Below, piece after piece: positions 1 through 8,997 of a DNA stretch of 64,000 bases (the first letter of the stretch is position 1; the number at the start of each line of letters is the position of its first letter). The position numbers and the translations under genes were made by a program. The notes under the pieces are model-generated. The model ran no database searches. It saw only the letters and a program-made list of their open reading frames with translations, and was not told the DNA's origin. This DNA comes from a virus, in the IMG/VR virus record IMGVR_UViG_3300044908_000026, positions 4,030 to 68,029 of that record; one strand, 5' to 3'.

Positions 1-1
1 T

Positions 2-250
2 AACCGGCTTCAGAGGTCTCCCACCGAGGCGGCGCATTCCGGCCCACACGGACTTGGACAAAAAGCTGATGACCGGCAGGCGCTCCCTTTATGTATGATG
101 TGCCACAGAGAGGGGCCGAACAGCTACCATCGATTGAGCCGCAGATTCTTCGCGTTTCACGGACTAGACCGCGACATGATCGTCCAGGAATTAAATTCGC
201 GCTATGACGCGATTTCGCTTGACACGCAGGCGTCATTTGACGCAATATAA
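2..250 (+). CDS. 5'-truncated DUF968/HNH-like zinc-binding protein (3' part)
   Basis: Own translation from base 2: ...EAAHSGPHGLGQKADDRQALPLCMMCHREGPNSYH...AI*; the EAAH-GxGxK-DD-PLCxxCH pattern is typical of DUF968-like phage proteins. Confidence 0.6.
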   Translation, partial: NRLQRSPTEAAHSGPHGLGQKADDRQALPLCMMCHREGPNSYHRLSRRFFAFHGLDRDMIVQELNSRYDAISLDTQASFDAI

Positions 251-251
251 T
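219..251 (+). promoter_or_regulatory. Candidate promoter with palindromic operator
   Basis: TTGACA 219-224, TATAAT 246-251 (21-nt spacer, non-ideal); perfect inverted repeat GCGTCA-TT-TGACGC at 230-243; extra TGACGC half-site at 205-210. Confidence 0.45.
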
Positions 252-262
252 AACTGACCTGG

Positions 263-394
263 ATGAAACGAATAAACCTGAAGATCAATGATACTGAGCA
301 CGCGCAATTAAAGCGAGCGGCAGTTCCCCGAACCCTACAGGCAGTCGTAATGGAAGCGATTCGGGAGTGGCTTCGGAAGAGACGCAAGCAGTAA
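263..394 (+). CDS. Ribbon-helix-helix (Arc/CopG/ParG-like) DNA-binding protein, 43 aa
   Basis: Below the ORF-track cutoff; MKRINLKINDTEHAQLKRAAVPRTLQAVVMEAIREWLRKRRKQ shows an alternating beta strand followed by two helices. Confidence 0.7.
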   Translation: MKRINLKINDTEHAQLKRAAVPRTLQAVVMEAIREWLRKRRKQ

Positions 395-402
395 TTCTTG
401 GA

Positions 403-438
403 ACGCGGGAGTAGGCGTACTCGCTCCCGCGTATTTTT
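403..438 (+). terminator. Rho-independent terminator
   Basis: ACGCGGGAG(403-411)...CTCCCGCGT(424-432) followed by ATTTTT, just after the RHH gene. Confidence 0.6.
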
Positions 439-442
439 CGAT

Positions 443-616
443 ATGACACGCGAAGATCAAACTATCGCACTCATGGCTGCAACGATTTACTCGGTCAAGA
501 CCGTGAGCAACACGCGGCGGGAGCGGCGCGACACCATGCAGAAGCAGGCAGTGATTGAGGCGCGCGAATTGTTTGACGCGGTGCTCGAATACGAGCCGCC
601 AACGGAGGCCGAATGA
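443..616 (+). CDS. Hypothetical protein
   Basis: ATG at 443 in ORF 398..616; ATGA overlap with the next gene. Confidence 0.55.
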   Translation: MTREDQTIALMAATIYSVKTVSNTRRERRDTMQKQAVIEARELFDAVLEYEPPTEAE

Positions 617-789
617 TCCTACGTTACTACCGCAACGAATCCGGCTTCCACGGGCGATTGAAGGATCGCCCTGAGATTCAGGCATCAGGCGAGAACCTTA
701 TCAAGATGGTCGGCGCGGTGCGGCTGGCGATGCAGGAAGCTGGCGAGGATGCCACAGTGGAAATCCAGATTGAGGAGGTATCGCAATGA
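613..789 (+). CDS. Small HicB-N-like protein, 58 aa
   Basis: Own translation MILRYYRNESGFHGRLKDRPEIQASGENLIKMVGAVRLAMQEAG...; ATGA overlaps on both sides; resembles the HicB partial RNase H fold. Confidence 0.45.
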   Translation: MILRYYRNESGFHGRLKDRPEIQASGENLIKMVGAVRLAMQEAGEDATVEIQIEEVSQ

Positions 790-1700
790 CTTGGCTAGCA
801 GACGCTCGCGGCAACAAATGTTCCGTGGAATATTTCGGCTCGAAAGAGGCCGCGCAAGCGGCGCTTGACGGCCTGAAGGATTGCGAAAACACCACTAACT
901 GTTCGGGCTGTTCGGACTGTTCGGACTGTTCGCGCTGTTCGGGCTGTTCGGACAGTTCGGACTGTTCGCGCTGTTCGGGCTGTTCGGGCTGTTCGGACTG
1001 TTCGCACTGTTCGCACTGTTCGGGCTGTTCGGACTGTTCGGACTGTTCGCGCTGTTCGGGCTGTTCGGGCTGTTCGCACTGTTCGCACTGTTCGGGCTGT
1101 TCGGGCTGTTCGGGCTGTTCGGACTGTTCGCACTGTTCGCGCTGTTCGGGCTGTTCGGACTGTTCGGGCTGTTCGCGCTGTTCGGACTGTTCGCGCTGTT
1201 CGGGCTGTTCGGGCTGTTCGGACTGTTCGGGCTGTTCGCGCTGTTCGGGCTGTTCGGACTGTTCGGACTGTTCGGACTGTTCGCGCTGTTCGGACTGTTC
1301 GGACTGTTCGCGCTGTTCGGGCTGTTCGGGCTGTTCGGGCTGTTCGGGCTGTTCGGGCTTGGAAAACGCCGCACCTGTGGCTGGCGCTGCGCCTAAGATT
1401 CCGGTCATCCCGGTGGTTGCGGATCTGCACAAGCGCATTTATGAGGCCGCATCTCGACCTGAAGCGCTGGACATGACTGCGTGGCACACCTGCAAAAAGA
1501 CGCACTGCCGCGCCGGTTGGGTGATTGCGTTGGCTGGCCCTGAGGGGCGCGCATTGGAGCAGAGATTCGATACGAGTCTTGCGGCGATGAAGATTTATGA
1601 TGCGAGTTGCCCTGGTTACAAGATCAATCCCGCGCGGTTCTTCGACTCCAATGAGGACGCTTTAGCAGACATGAAAAAGTTGGCAGAGGCATCCCAATGA
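786..1700 (+). CDS. Cys-Ser-X tandem-repeat protein with C-terminal WHTCxxTHCRAGW domain
   Basis: RBS GAGGAGG; 51 CSX units; the C-terminal domain is of a type I recall fused to pentapeptide repeats in phages. Confidence 0.8.
   Translation: MTWLADARGNKCSVEYFGSKEAAQAALDGLKDCENTTNCSGCSDCSDCSRCSGCSDSSDCSRCSGCSGCSDCSHCSHCSGCSDCSDCSRCSGCSGCSHCSHCSGCSGCSGCSDCSHCSRCSGCSDCSGCSRCSDCSRCSGCSGCSDCSGCSRCSGCSDCSDCSDCSRCSDCSDCSRCSGCSGCSGCSGCSGLENAAPVAGAAPKIPVIPVVADLHKRIYEAASRPEALDMTAWHTCKKTHCRAGWVIALAGPEGRALEQRFDTSLAAMKIYDASCPGYKINPARFFDSNEDALADMKKLAEASQ
900..1358 (+). repeat. 51 x 9-bp tandem repeat TGTTCG[G/C][G/A]C
   Basis: Directly visible; one unit has AGT instead of TGT. Confidence 0.97.
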
Positions 1701-2134
1701 GTACGGATTACGAACGCTTGGCCGATGGTGACGCGAAGGCAATTGCGCGCTTCCTCGAAGTGCGCGGCTTTAAGCGCTCCGTGAACTACGGTGGCGAAGT
1801 GTCCTACATTTCCGCAGACAGCGAATGGGCTGTGGAACTCAACGGAACAGAGTCTCTTTCAATCTGCAAATTTACCGATGGTGACATCGACGGCGTTGCG
1901 ACTGGCCGGTTTGAAACCGCTGGCGAGGAATGCTCGACGCTCGACGAACTCAAGGCCGAGATGTACTCAGTGGGCGCGTTGCCGTTCGAGTGTCCCAACT
2001 GCGGCGAAGTTGGCGGGGAGCCGCGCACCGCGACCAGCGAGCCGTTCCTGTACGGAGCCGACGCGGACGGTAATCGCGGCGAGATGCGCACCGAAACGAT
2101 GGAAGGCTGCTCGAAATGCGTCAAGACGTACTAG
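1697..2134 (+). CDS. Hypothetical protein with C-terminal CxxC...CxxC zinc ribbon
   Basis: CPNC...CSKC; coupled start. Confidence 0.65.
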   Translation: MSTDYERLADGDAKAIARFLEVRGFKRSVNYGGEVSYISADSEWAVELNGTESLSICKFTDGDIDGVATGRFETAGEECSTLDELKAEMYSVGALPFECPNCGEVGGEPRTATSEPFLYGADADGNRGEMRTETMEGCSKCVKTY

Positions 2135-2142
2135 CTGGACTA

Positions 2143-2304
2143 ATGAGATTCCGCGTGCGTCTGGAGAGAACCGAAACGTTTGATGTCTCGCTGGATGTGG
2201 CAAGCGAAGCGGAGGCTGACACGCAGGCTCGGGAAATGTTGGCGTACCGAGAACTTACTCCGCAGACGAGCGACGTTGAGACGGAAGTGAAGAGGGAGTC
2301 ATGA
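2143..2304 (+). CDS. Small hypothetical protein (DpnD/PcfM-like)
   Basis: MRFRVRLERTETFDVSLDVASEAEA pattern; coupled to the next gene. Confidence 0.5.
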   Translation: MRFRVRLERTETFDVSLDVASEAEADTQAREMLAYRELTPQTSDVETEVKRES

Positions 2305-3170
2305 GCGCAAACCAAGTTGTACCGATCCAGAATGCCGATATCGAGCGCGTGCTACTCACTGGCGATCTGTCTAAGTTGACGCCGGATCAGCGGCTTTCCT
2401 ACTACAACAATGTGTGTTCAAGCTTGGGACTGAATCCCCTTACGAAGCCGTTCGCCTACTTGTCGCTCAACGGAAAGACGGTGCTGTACGCGCTAAAGGA
2501 TTGCACGGAGCAGCTTCGCAATATCCATGCGATCAGCTTGACGATCCCGGTACGCGAAGTGATAGAGGGCGTCTATGTGGTTACCGCTCATGCCGTGCGC
2601 GCCGACGGTCGCTGTGACGAAGCCACGGGAGCCGTCCCAATTGAAGGACTGAAGGGTGAAGCGCGGGCCAATGCTCTGATGAAGGCGGAAACGAAGGCCA
2701 AGCGCCGTGTGACGCTTTCAATCTGCGGTTTGGGAATGCTTGACGAAACGGAGGCCGACAGTATTCCTGGTGCGCACCCGGAGTTTCCCGAGATTGACAC
2801 CGGGGGGCATCCGGTTGGCACACGCGAAGCGCAAGAACACGTGCGCGACCGTAAATTAGCGGCCATCGCTCAACCGGCTGCGGAGCCAGCAGAGCCGTCC
2901 AGCCTGCCGGTGGACAAACCGAAGGTCGCTCCCAAGAACTTCGAGATGCTGGAGAAGTTTGCCTCGATCAAGGCCGACCTTAAAAAGATCACGGGCGACG
3001 ACAAGAAGTACTACGAAATCCTCGGGGCGCACGGGCGACTCAAGAGCAGCGAAATACCAACGGTTGAAGAGGGGCGCACGATTTACGCGCAGATGAAGGA
3101 ATGCTTTGTAGGCGCGATGGAAGCGCGCGGCGTGGACATGAAACGACAGAAAGAGGAACAGAATGGCTGA
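2301..3170 (+). CDS. Bet/RecT-like single-strand annealing protein
   Basis: GDLSKLTPDQRLSYY..VC..LGLNPLTKPF and NALMKAETKAKRR motifs; early-region context. Confidence 0.7.
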   Translation: MSANQVVPIQNADIERVLLTGDLSKLTPDQRLSYYNNVCSSLGLNPLTKPFAYLSLNGKTVLYALKDCTEQLRNIHAISLTIPVREVIEGVYVVTAHAVRADGRCDEATGAVPIEGLKGEARANALMKAETKAKRRVTLSICGLGMLDETEADSIPGAHPEFPEIDTGGHPVGTREAQEHVRDRKLAAIAQPAAEPAEPSSLPVDKPKVAPKNFEMLEKFASIKADLKKITGDDKKYYEILGAHGRLKSSEIPTVEEGRTIYAQMKECFVGAMEARGVDMKRQKEEQNG

Positions 3171-3402
3171 AATCAAGACCGGACAGGCAATCGCTACGAT
3201 CATTGACGTGCTGGACGGCGTTGCAATCGGAGATGTTCCGCGCGTTATGGCGTGCGTCCGGGAATACCTGAACGGCGTCGACGGCGCGCATGAGCCTAAG
3301 ATCGGACGCCCGAAGGGGTCACGCAATCGTAAGAAGGCAAGCACGCCCGCGCTGTCGGACGCGCAGAAGCAGGCGCAGGCGAGCTTGCCGGGAGCGGAGT
3401 AG
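3163..3402 (+). CDS. Hypothetical protein with AT-hook-like motif
   Basis: PKIGRPKGSRNRKK. Confidence 0.6.
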   Translation: MAEIKTGQAIATIIDVLDGVAIGDVPRVMACVREYLNGVDGAHEPKIGRPKGSRNRKKASTPALSDAQKQAQASLPGAE

Positions 3403-3484
3403 CTTTGGTCACGAAGCGCGTGGACCTCTGGAAACGACGGCGCGAGGTGATGTTTGAAGCGATTGAGAAGCTGAAGGAGATTAA

Positions 3485-3760
3485 GTGACCCAGCAATCCT
3501 TCCGCCTCTGCGATCCAGCGGTCGACCAGCAGCCCGAGAAGCGGCGGCTGTCGAAGCAATGTGCGGCGATCCTCGCGCGGTTGAAAGAAGGGCCTGCTAC
3601 TAACCGGGAACTTGTCGCGATCAGCCTCAACCATACGGGTCGCATTTCGGACTTGCGCCGCTCTTCTTACGTGATCGAGGTTGAGAGCCACGATCACACA
3701 ACAGGACTTGTGGTGTACCGATTGGTCGAAAAACCGAAGGCGTTCCAATATCCAGATTGA
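3485..3760 (+). CDS. Winged helix-turn-helix protein
   Basis: ILARLKEGPATNRELVAISLNHTGRISDLRR..Y.I pattern; RBS AAGGAG. Confidence 0.65.
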   Translation: MTQQSFRLCDPAVDQQPEKRRLSKQCAAILARLKEGPATNRELVAISLNHTGRISDLRRSSYVIEVESHDHTTGLVVYRLVEKPKAFQYPD

Positions 3761-3769
3761 GGTGAACTG

Positions 3770-4000
3770 ATGCACAGCCTGCTAAGCTGGCCCTACATCT
3801 CGCTCATGGTGGTGCTCCTATCTGGTGCCGCGTGGGTCAAGATGGGTCGCTCGCCGTTCTATTGGGGCGCGATGGCGATGCTGCACCTGGAGACGATCAG
3901 GGTCCAGTTTGGAGCGACCTTTGCGTTCTCCGTGCGGCACTTCGCGGATAATTACTCGGGCGCTTTTGCGCGGTTGAAACGGGAAGTGTTGGATGTCTGA
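3770..4000 (+). CDS. Small membrane protein
   Basis: RBS GAGGTG; hydrophobic N-terminus. Confidence 0.55.
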   Translation: MHSLLSWPYISLMVVLLSGAAWVKMGRSPFYWGAMAMLHLETIRVQFGATFAFSVRHFADNYSGAFARLKREVLDV

Positions 4001-4144
4001 GTCGCGAGAGACGATCAAGCAAGAGGACGGTCTCCCGCTGGTCTATGTGGATAGCTTCGAGCCGCGCGAGTTGCTTGATTTGCTTGAGCAGATTCAGCGC
4101 AATGAACCATTCGTCCAGGACTTTAGGGAGCTGGAGAGCGGAGA

Positions 4145-4411
4145 ATGACATTAGCTAAGGGCCAGCGTTGGCGAATCGTGGCATGCGGGGTGCTGTGGGT
4201 GCGGATCACGCGCATCCAGTTACACAGCGACGGCGATTCCCGCATTCACTGGGTTGAGGATCGGGCCTTGCCGTGGGGCCGACTCAAGGGGAAAGATACA
4301 GGCTCGGTGTTTGTCGGGCGCATCGAGGAAGCCGCGCGTATAGACAAGGAACAGCGCGAGTTCGATGCGAAGTGGCGCGACACGGATTCCGTGGAGGTGC
4401 GCTATCGTTGA
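4145..4411 (+). CDS. Hypothetical protein
   Basis: ORF with RBS GGAGA; coupled to an upstream small ORF (3993-4148). Confidence 0.5.
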   Translation: MTLAKGQRWRIVACGVLWVRITRIQLHSDGDSRIHWVEDRALPWGRLKGKDTGSVFVGRIEEAARIDKEQREFDAKWRDTDSVEVRYR

Positions 4412-4495
4412 CGCACTGAGGCGCATGATCGAGGGTGCTACTGACTCCAGCCGCGCGGCACGCGCGGCGCGACGCGCAAGCAAGAAAGGGACGCG

Positions 4496-5524
4496 ATGAG
4501 GCAACTTGCAACAATTCAAGTAGTAACCGACGTGCAGCCGATTGAGAATGCGGACGCCATTGAGAAGATTCGCGTCCTTGATTGGTGGTGCGTGTCCCGA
4601 AAGGGAGAGTTCTCGAAGGGCGACCGATGCGTGTATTTTGAGATCGATTCCCTTTTGCCTGCATCTCATCCAGCATTTTCGTTTCTCGAAAAGGGAAGCC
4701 GCAAGGTGACCGTGCTATTGGATGGAGGCGCGACCGCTGAGGGCTACCGCCTAAAAACGGTGCGGTTGCGCGGCCAGATTTCGCAAGGTTTGGCGTTGCC
4801 GGTGAGCGCATTCGCGTTAGGAGTTGGGGTCGGTTCCGATGTTTCCGAAATCCTCGGCGTAGTCAAGTGGGAGCCGCCCATCTCAAAGCAACTGGCCGCC
4901 ATTGCCCGAGGTCCGTTCCCATCCTTCATCCCTAAAACAGATGAGGAGCGCGTGCAAAATCTCGGAGATACGATCAAGGCCCATGAGGGCGAGACGTTCT
5001 ATGTCACCGAAAAACTTGACGGAAGTTCTGCCACATTCTACCGCACAGAGGAACGCTTTGGTGTTTGCAGCCGGAATCTTGATTTACTGGAAGGGAACAT
5101 GTACTGGAACGTAGCGAAGGCACTTGATCTTGAATCGAGAGTGCCGGTCGGTTTCGCAATTCAGGGTGAGATTATCGGTGAATCCATCCAGGGAAACCCC
5201 CTCAAACGCAAAGGTCACCAACTTTACGTTTTCAATGTCTATAACATCAACGAAGCGCGATTCCTGGATTTCGAGGACTTCATTATCTTCTGCACAGAGA
5301 AGGGCCTCCCTAACGTCCCGGTGGTTGATGCTGGATTGCTTCTTCCTGGAGACGCGGCTGCGCTGGTGGAGATGGCAGATGGAAAGAGCCTACTGACACC
5401 AGAAGTTGATCGCGAAGGGCTGGTATTCCGTCCGTTGCGCGAGAAACGCGAACAGATGCGAGGCTCGGAGCAACGGCTTTCATTCAAGGCAATCTCGAAC
5501 AAATATCTGTTGAAGGCTGGCTAA
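4496..5524 (+). CDS. RNA ligase, DRB0094/Rnl2-like family
   Basis: N-terminal OB-like domain (LATIQ..IENADAIE..VYFEIDSLLP), motif I EKLDGSS, QGEIIG, EGLVFR, FKAISNKYLLK. Confidence 0.92.
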   Translation: MRQLATIQVVTDVQPIENADAIEKIRVLDWWCVSRKGEFSKGDRCVYFEIDSLLPASHPAFSFLEKGSRKVTVLLDGGATAEGYRLKTVRLRGQISQGLALPVSAFALGVGVGSDVSEILGVVKWEPPISKQLAAIARGPFPSFIPKTDEERVQNLGDTIKAHEGETFYVTEKLDGSSATFYRTEERFGVCSRNLDLLEGNMYWNVAKALDLESRVPVGFAIQGEIIGESIQGNPLKRKGHQLYVFNVYNINEARFLDFEDFIIFCTEKGLPNVPVVDAGLLLPGDAAALVEMADGKSLLTPEVDREGLVFRPLREKREQMRGSEQRLSFKAISNKYLLKAG

Positions 5525-5526
5525 TA

Positions 5527-6168
5527 ATGACACCCGAGATCATCACTACCGAAGCCCAGCTGAAGGAGATCGAGAGGCGGGCACTATCGGCAAGCTCCGG
5601 ATCAGGGCATTTTTCGAAAACTAATCGCTCATCAAACCCTGTTATCAACATCATGTTGCCGTGCGTCCAGGATAGTCCCAATCTGGTCGCCAGCCTACGA
5701 GCGGCCTGGGCGCAGCGCGACGAAGCACTCCGTATTTGCCAGAAGCACGCTTTCGATTGCGGATGGGCGCAAAGCCGGTTGAACAACGAAGTCGCAGCAA
5801 ACGAGCGGCTGTGCGCGGAGATCGAGAAGCTGCGGAAATCGGATGGTGTGGTGAGTCGCAACATGATCATCGCGGCGCTCGCGTGTGCGTTCGTCATCAT
5901 GACGGCTTTCGCATTGGCGCTACGTAGTCAGGGGATTCGGGACGCAGCGGAAAGTGAGCAGCGAGTTAAGGAATTTCGCACTGATGCTGAGGCCGAGATC
6001 GTGCGTCAACGTCAACGCGGGGATGAGTGGAAATCAGACTTCGGAGTGTGCCTGAAGAAAGCGTGGAACGACGAAGTGGAACTCGACCGCCTGCGCCGGA
6101 ATCGGGCGATATTGGAACCGTTTATCCGCGAGGGAAGATTAGTGATCGTACAAGAAAGGGAACCATAG
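5527..6168 (+). CDS. Hypothetical membrane-anchored coiled-coil protein
   Basis: Central TM segment MIIAALACAFVIMTAFALAL. Confidence 0.55.
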   Translation: MTPEIITTEAQLKEIERRALSASSGSGHFSKTNRSSNPVINIMLPCVQDSPNLVASLRAAWAQRDEALRICQKHAFDCGWAQSRLNNEVAANERLCAEIEKLRKSDGVVSRNMIIAALACAFVIMTAFALALRSQGIRDAAESEQRVKEFRTDAEAEIVRQRQRGDEWKSDFGVCLKKAWNDEVELDRLRRNRAILEPFIREGRLVIVQEREP

Positions 6169-6527
6169 TGGCGAAAGCGAAACAGGAAGAACAAAAACCG
6201 CAGACCGATTTTCTGGCTACGATTCTCGACATGCGGGCGGGAAAAGTAGCGAGCGACATTAACCAGAAGTTCAACACGGTGCTAGACGCCGTGATCGCGA
6301 CCGGCGGGAAAGGCGAGATCAACCTGAAGATAAAGATCAAGCCATCCGAGTTTGGCGAAGGCGGCACGGTCGTTCAGGTTCAGGCGTCTCACGAGATCAA
6401 GGCAAAGTCGCCAGAGCTTGTCACTGGACCGAGCACGTTTTTCGTGTCGCGCGACGGCACACTGACTCGCAGCGACCCGGCGCAGCAGGCGATGTTCGAG
6501 ACGGAACCAATCCAGGAGGCGAAGTAA
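6168..6527 (+). CDS. YfdP-like partner of DUF2303 protein
   Basis: GTG at 6168; TGGKGEINLKIKIKP...FFVSRDGTLTRSDPAQ pattern. Confidence 0.7.
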   Translation: MAKAKQEEQKPQTDFLATILDMRAGKVASDINQKFNTVLDAVIATGGKGEINLKIKIKPSEFGEGGTVVQVQASHEIKAKSPELVTGPSTFFVSRDGTLTRSDPAQQAMFETEPIQEAK

Positions 6528-7373
6528 ATGGAATCGATCAACAAAGAAGCGATCACGGCAATCGTTGACTTGGCGCTCAAGGGGACTGTTCCACAGGCCG
6601 TTCCTGGCGGCAACATCCCTTATGCGCTGGAAGTCCTACCGGGCGGCGGTACGCATGTGCGGCCACTGACGGACCTGATTTTCAATGAGCACTCAGCTAA
6701 ACCGGATCGGATCAAAACGAACGTTGCTGTGGGTGATGTTCATTCTTTCTTGGACTACTGGACGCTGTTTTCCGACCCGAACAGTCGGGTGTTCGCCGAT
6801 GAGAACACTTCGCAAATCCGTGCGATCCTCGACTATCACGGTGCCGGCGAAGGGTCGCCACGGTGGGGATCGCACGTCCTTGTGCTGGCACCGAAGTTGT
6901 CCGAGGAGTGGACAGCGTGGACGGGCAAAAACAGCCAGCCGTTCACGCAACAGGCATTCGCGGAGTTTCTGGAGCAGAACTGCATGGATGTCACGACGCC
7001 ATCGCCGGCCGATATGGTCGAGATCGCTAACGACCTGCAAGCAACAACGCAAATCGAGTTCGGTTCTTCGCAGCGACAGAGTTCTGGCCAGGTGCAGCTC
7101 AAATACGTCGAAACCGTCAGGGCCACAACGGGGTCCAACGTAATCGACGTGCCGGAGCGGTTCAAGATCAGCATTCCGGTGTTCGTCGGTGGCGATAAAG
7201 TGCCGATGGAGGCGTTCCTGCGCTTCCGGCCGAAGGACGGCAAGGTGACCTTCCACTACACGCTGATCCGTCCATACGAGGTGAAGCGCGCGGCATTTCA
7301 GGCAATGTCGGCGGCGGTGCAGGGCGGCGTCGGCGACTCGAAGATCATCAACGGCGAAGCTGTCAACAGGTAG
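6528..7373 (+). CDS. DUF2303 (YfdQ-like) family protein
   Basis: SFLDY..AILDYH..W..H..SEEW..W..QQAFAEFLEQN..IPVF motifs. Confidence 0.85.
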   Translation: MESINKEAITAIVDLALKGTVPQAVPGGNIPYALEVLPGGGTHVRPLTDLIFNEHSAKPDRIKTNVAVGDVHSFLDYWTLFSDPNSRVFADENTSQIRAILDYHGAGEGSPRWGSHVLVLAPKLSEEWTAWTGKNSQPFTQQAFAEFLEQNCMDVTTPSPADMVEIANDLQATTQIEFGSSQRQSSGQVQLKYVETVRATTGSNVIDVPERFKISIPVFVGGDKVPMEAFLRFRPKDGKVTFHYTLIRPYEVKRAAFQAMSAAVQGGVGDSKIINGEAVNR

Positions 7374-7375
7374 TC

Positions 7376-7777
7376 GTGACCACCCGCCTTTCAGCTTCGG
7401 AGGCAGCGGCGTTAATCGGAGGACGCCGCTCGAAGTACGGTGTGGATCGTAGCGAGGCGGGGAAGTCGGCGCGGACGTATGGCGGCCGCATTTTCGACAG
7501 TGTGGCTGAAATGAGGTATTGCCAACTGCTCGACATCCGCAAATTGGCGGGAGATATTCAGGATTTTTGGTGCCAGCAAGATATTCCGCTAGTGGTTAAC
7601 GGAATCAGAGTGGCGAAGCTGATCGCGGATTTCAAAATCTTGCATCTCGACAACACCATCGAGTTTTGCGACGTAAAGGGGTTCGCCACTCCTGCGTTTC
7701 GTCTCAAACTGAAGTTGCTGAAGGCCTGCCATCCGAATTTGAGATTTACCGTTGTGCCTGCAAAGGAGATTCGATGA
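7376..7777 (+). CDS. DUF1064 family PD-(D/E)xK nuclease
   Basis: SKYG..FDSVAE..Y..ADF..DVKG..T..F.LK.KL. Confidence 0.85.
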   Translation: MTTRLSASEAAALIGGRRSKYGVDRSEAGKSARTYGGRIFDSVAEMRYCQLLDIRKLAGDIQDFWCQQDIPLVVNGIRVAKLIADFKILHLDNTIEFCDVKGFATPAFRLKLKLLKACHPNLRFTVVPAKEIR

Positions 7778-8179
7778 CAAAAGAAGAGATGGCCGCAGTC
7801 CGCAAAGTGAAGCGTGAGATTTCGCGGCTGGGGCGGCTATGCGAACTCGCGGCCAATGCTCTGGAGAAAGCTCTGTGATCTGGGTTTGGCTCTCTCGCAT
7901 CACGCCAGTCCGCTGGTTCACGGAGAACATGGACCGCCCGCAATGCTGGCGCTACCGCATCGCGTTCCCGGTTTTCTCGAATGCTTGGTGGTATGGTGAC
8001 CATTGTGTAGGGCTTCAGCACTTTCCGCACTTCACGGCCGCCGTGGATCGCGTATACGCTGGAAAGTCGATCATGCTGCCATGACCGCACTCGCCGAACA
8101 ACCGCTTCGCGCCCGCGAACTCGTCAAAGACGGAGTTTGGCAGGTTCCACCAGAATTGCGCCCGTAGGGATGGCAGAGC

Positions 8180-8758
8180 ATGGCAGTGCGCGAAAGCGTT
8201 GAAACCACTACGCAAACCAGAACGAAAATCCTTCGGGTTACGGAAGTACTGGTTCAGGAGCAGCATCCCGATGTGTTGGCGACCATGGAATCCCTGCCAG
8301 AGCCGGTAGACCTCGGCCCTCCACTGATCGAGCTGATTGCGCCCAAGGCGATTGCTGCGCCGCCAAGCCCTATTCCTGCCGACAGCCCGGAGTTGGTACA
8401 GGAGTTGGTGGACCTGCATGTCCAGACCTCAGCCGACGGCACCGAGTTGGAGTTCGACCGCGAGTGGGAGCGGATTTGCGACATCGGGTGGGAATTGAGA
8501 AGGCATCGTGAGATCAAGGCTCAGGTCGATGAACTACTTGGATCTTGGATCGAACGCAATCGCGATAAGCTGCGTCATGTCGGTCTGAATTCTGCACCAA
8601 TCCGAGAACTGTACTCAGTTTTTCACGCCGCGCTATTCGATATGTCCTCTGCGGCAGCGGCGAAACTATCCAGGGAAGTTGATGAGGCGCGATACGGAAA
8701 GTTTTGCGCCAAGTGTGGCTATCGAGAAAAGGATTGCGAATGCGAGAAAACTGCATGA
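8180..8758 (+). CDS. Hypothetical protein with C-terminal Cys cluster
   Basis: ORF track; CAKC..CEC. Confidence 0.6.
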   Translation: MAVRESVETTTQTRTKILRVTEVLVQEQHPDVLATMESLPEPVDLGPPLIELIAPKAIAAPPSPIPADSPELVQELVDLHVQTSADGTELEFDREWERICDIGWELRRHREIKAQVDELLGSWIERNRDKLRHVGLNSAPIRELYSVFHAALFDMSSAAAAKLSREVDEARYGKFCAKCGYREKDCECEKTA

Positions 8759-8997
8759 CCCAGTCCACCCTCCCTCTCGCTGGCCCGCACGCGCTGGAAG
8801 CGGAACTGCGCGAACGCTGCCCGTTGCTGGAGATCGAGTGCCGCACCGAGTTGAGGGCGCGGTTTGATTGGAAAATTGCCGAAGGTCGGCAAGACAGCGC
8901 GGTCGTCGTCAAGGCCGAACGGCAGTTTTGGTCCCAGGTGCGCACCGACTTTATTGAGAAGTATGACTGCTGGGCGGCTGAACGGGAGAACACATGA
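8755..8997 (+). CDS. Hypothetical protein
   Basis: ATGA overlaps at both ends. Confidence 0.55.
   Translation: MTQSTLPLAGPHALEAELRERCPLLEIECRTELRARFDWKIAEGRQDSAVVVKAERQFWSQVRTDFIEKYDCWAAERENT

Noticed and set aside
900-1358. CRISPR array or DGR variable region
   Set aside because: No spacers, no cas or reverse transcriptase gene, and variation is not adenine-specific
701-1505. Minus-strand repeat ORFs (EQP, ART and SPN repeats)
   Set aside because: Shadows of the stop-free 9-bp repeat; only the + frame has an RBS, coupling and a sensible C-terminal domain
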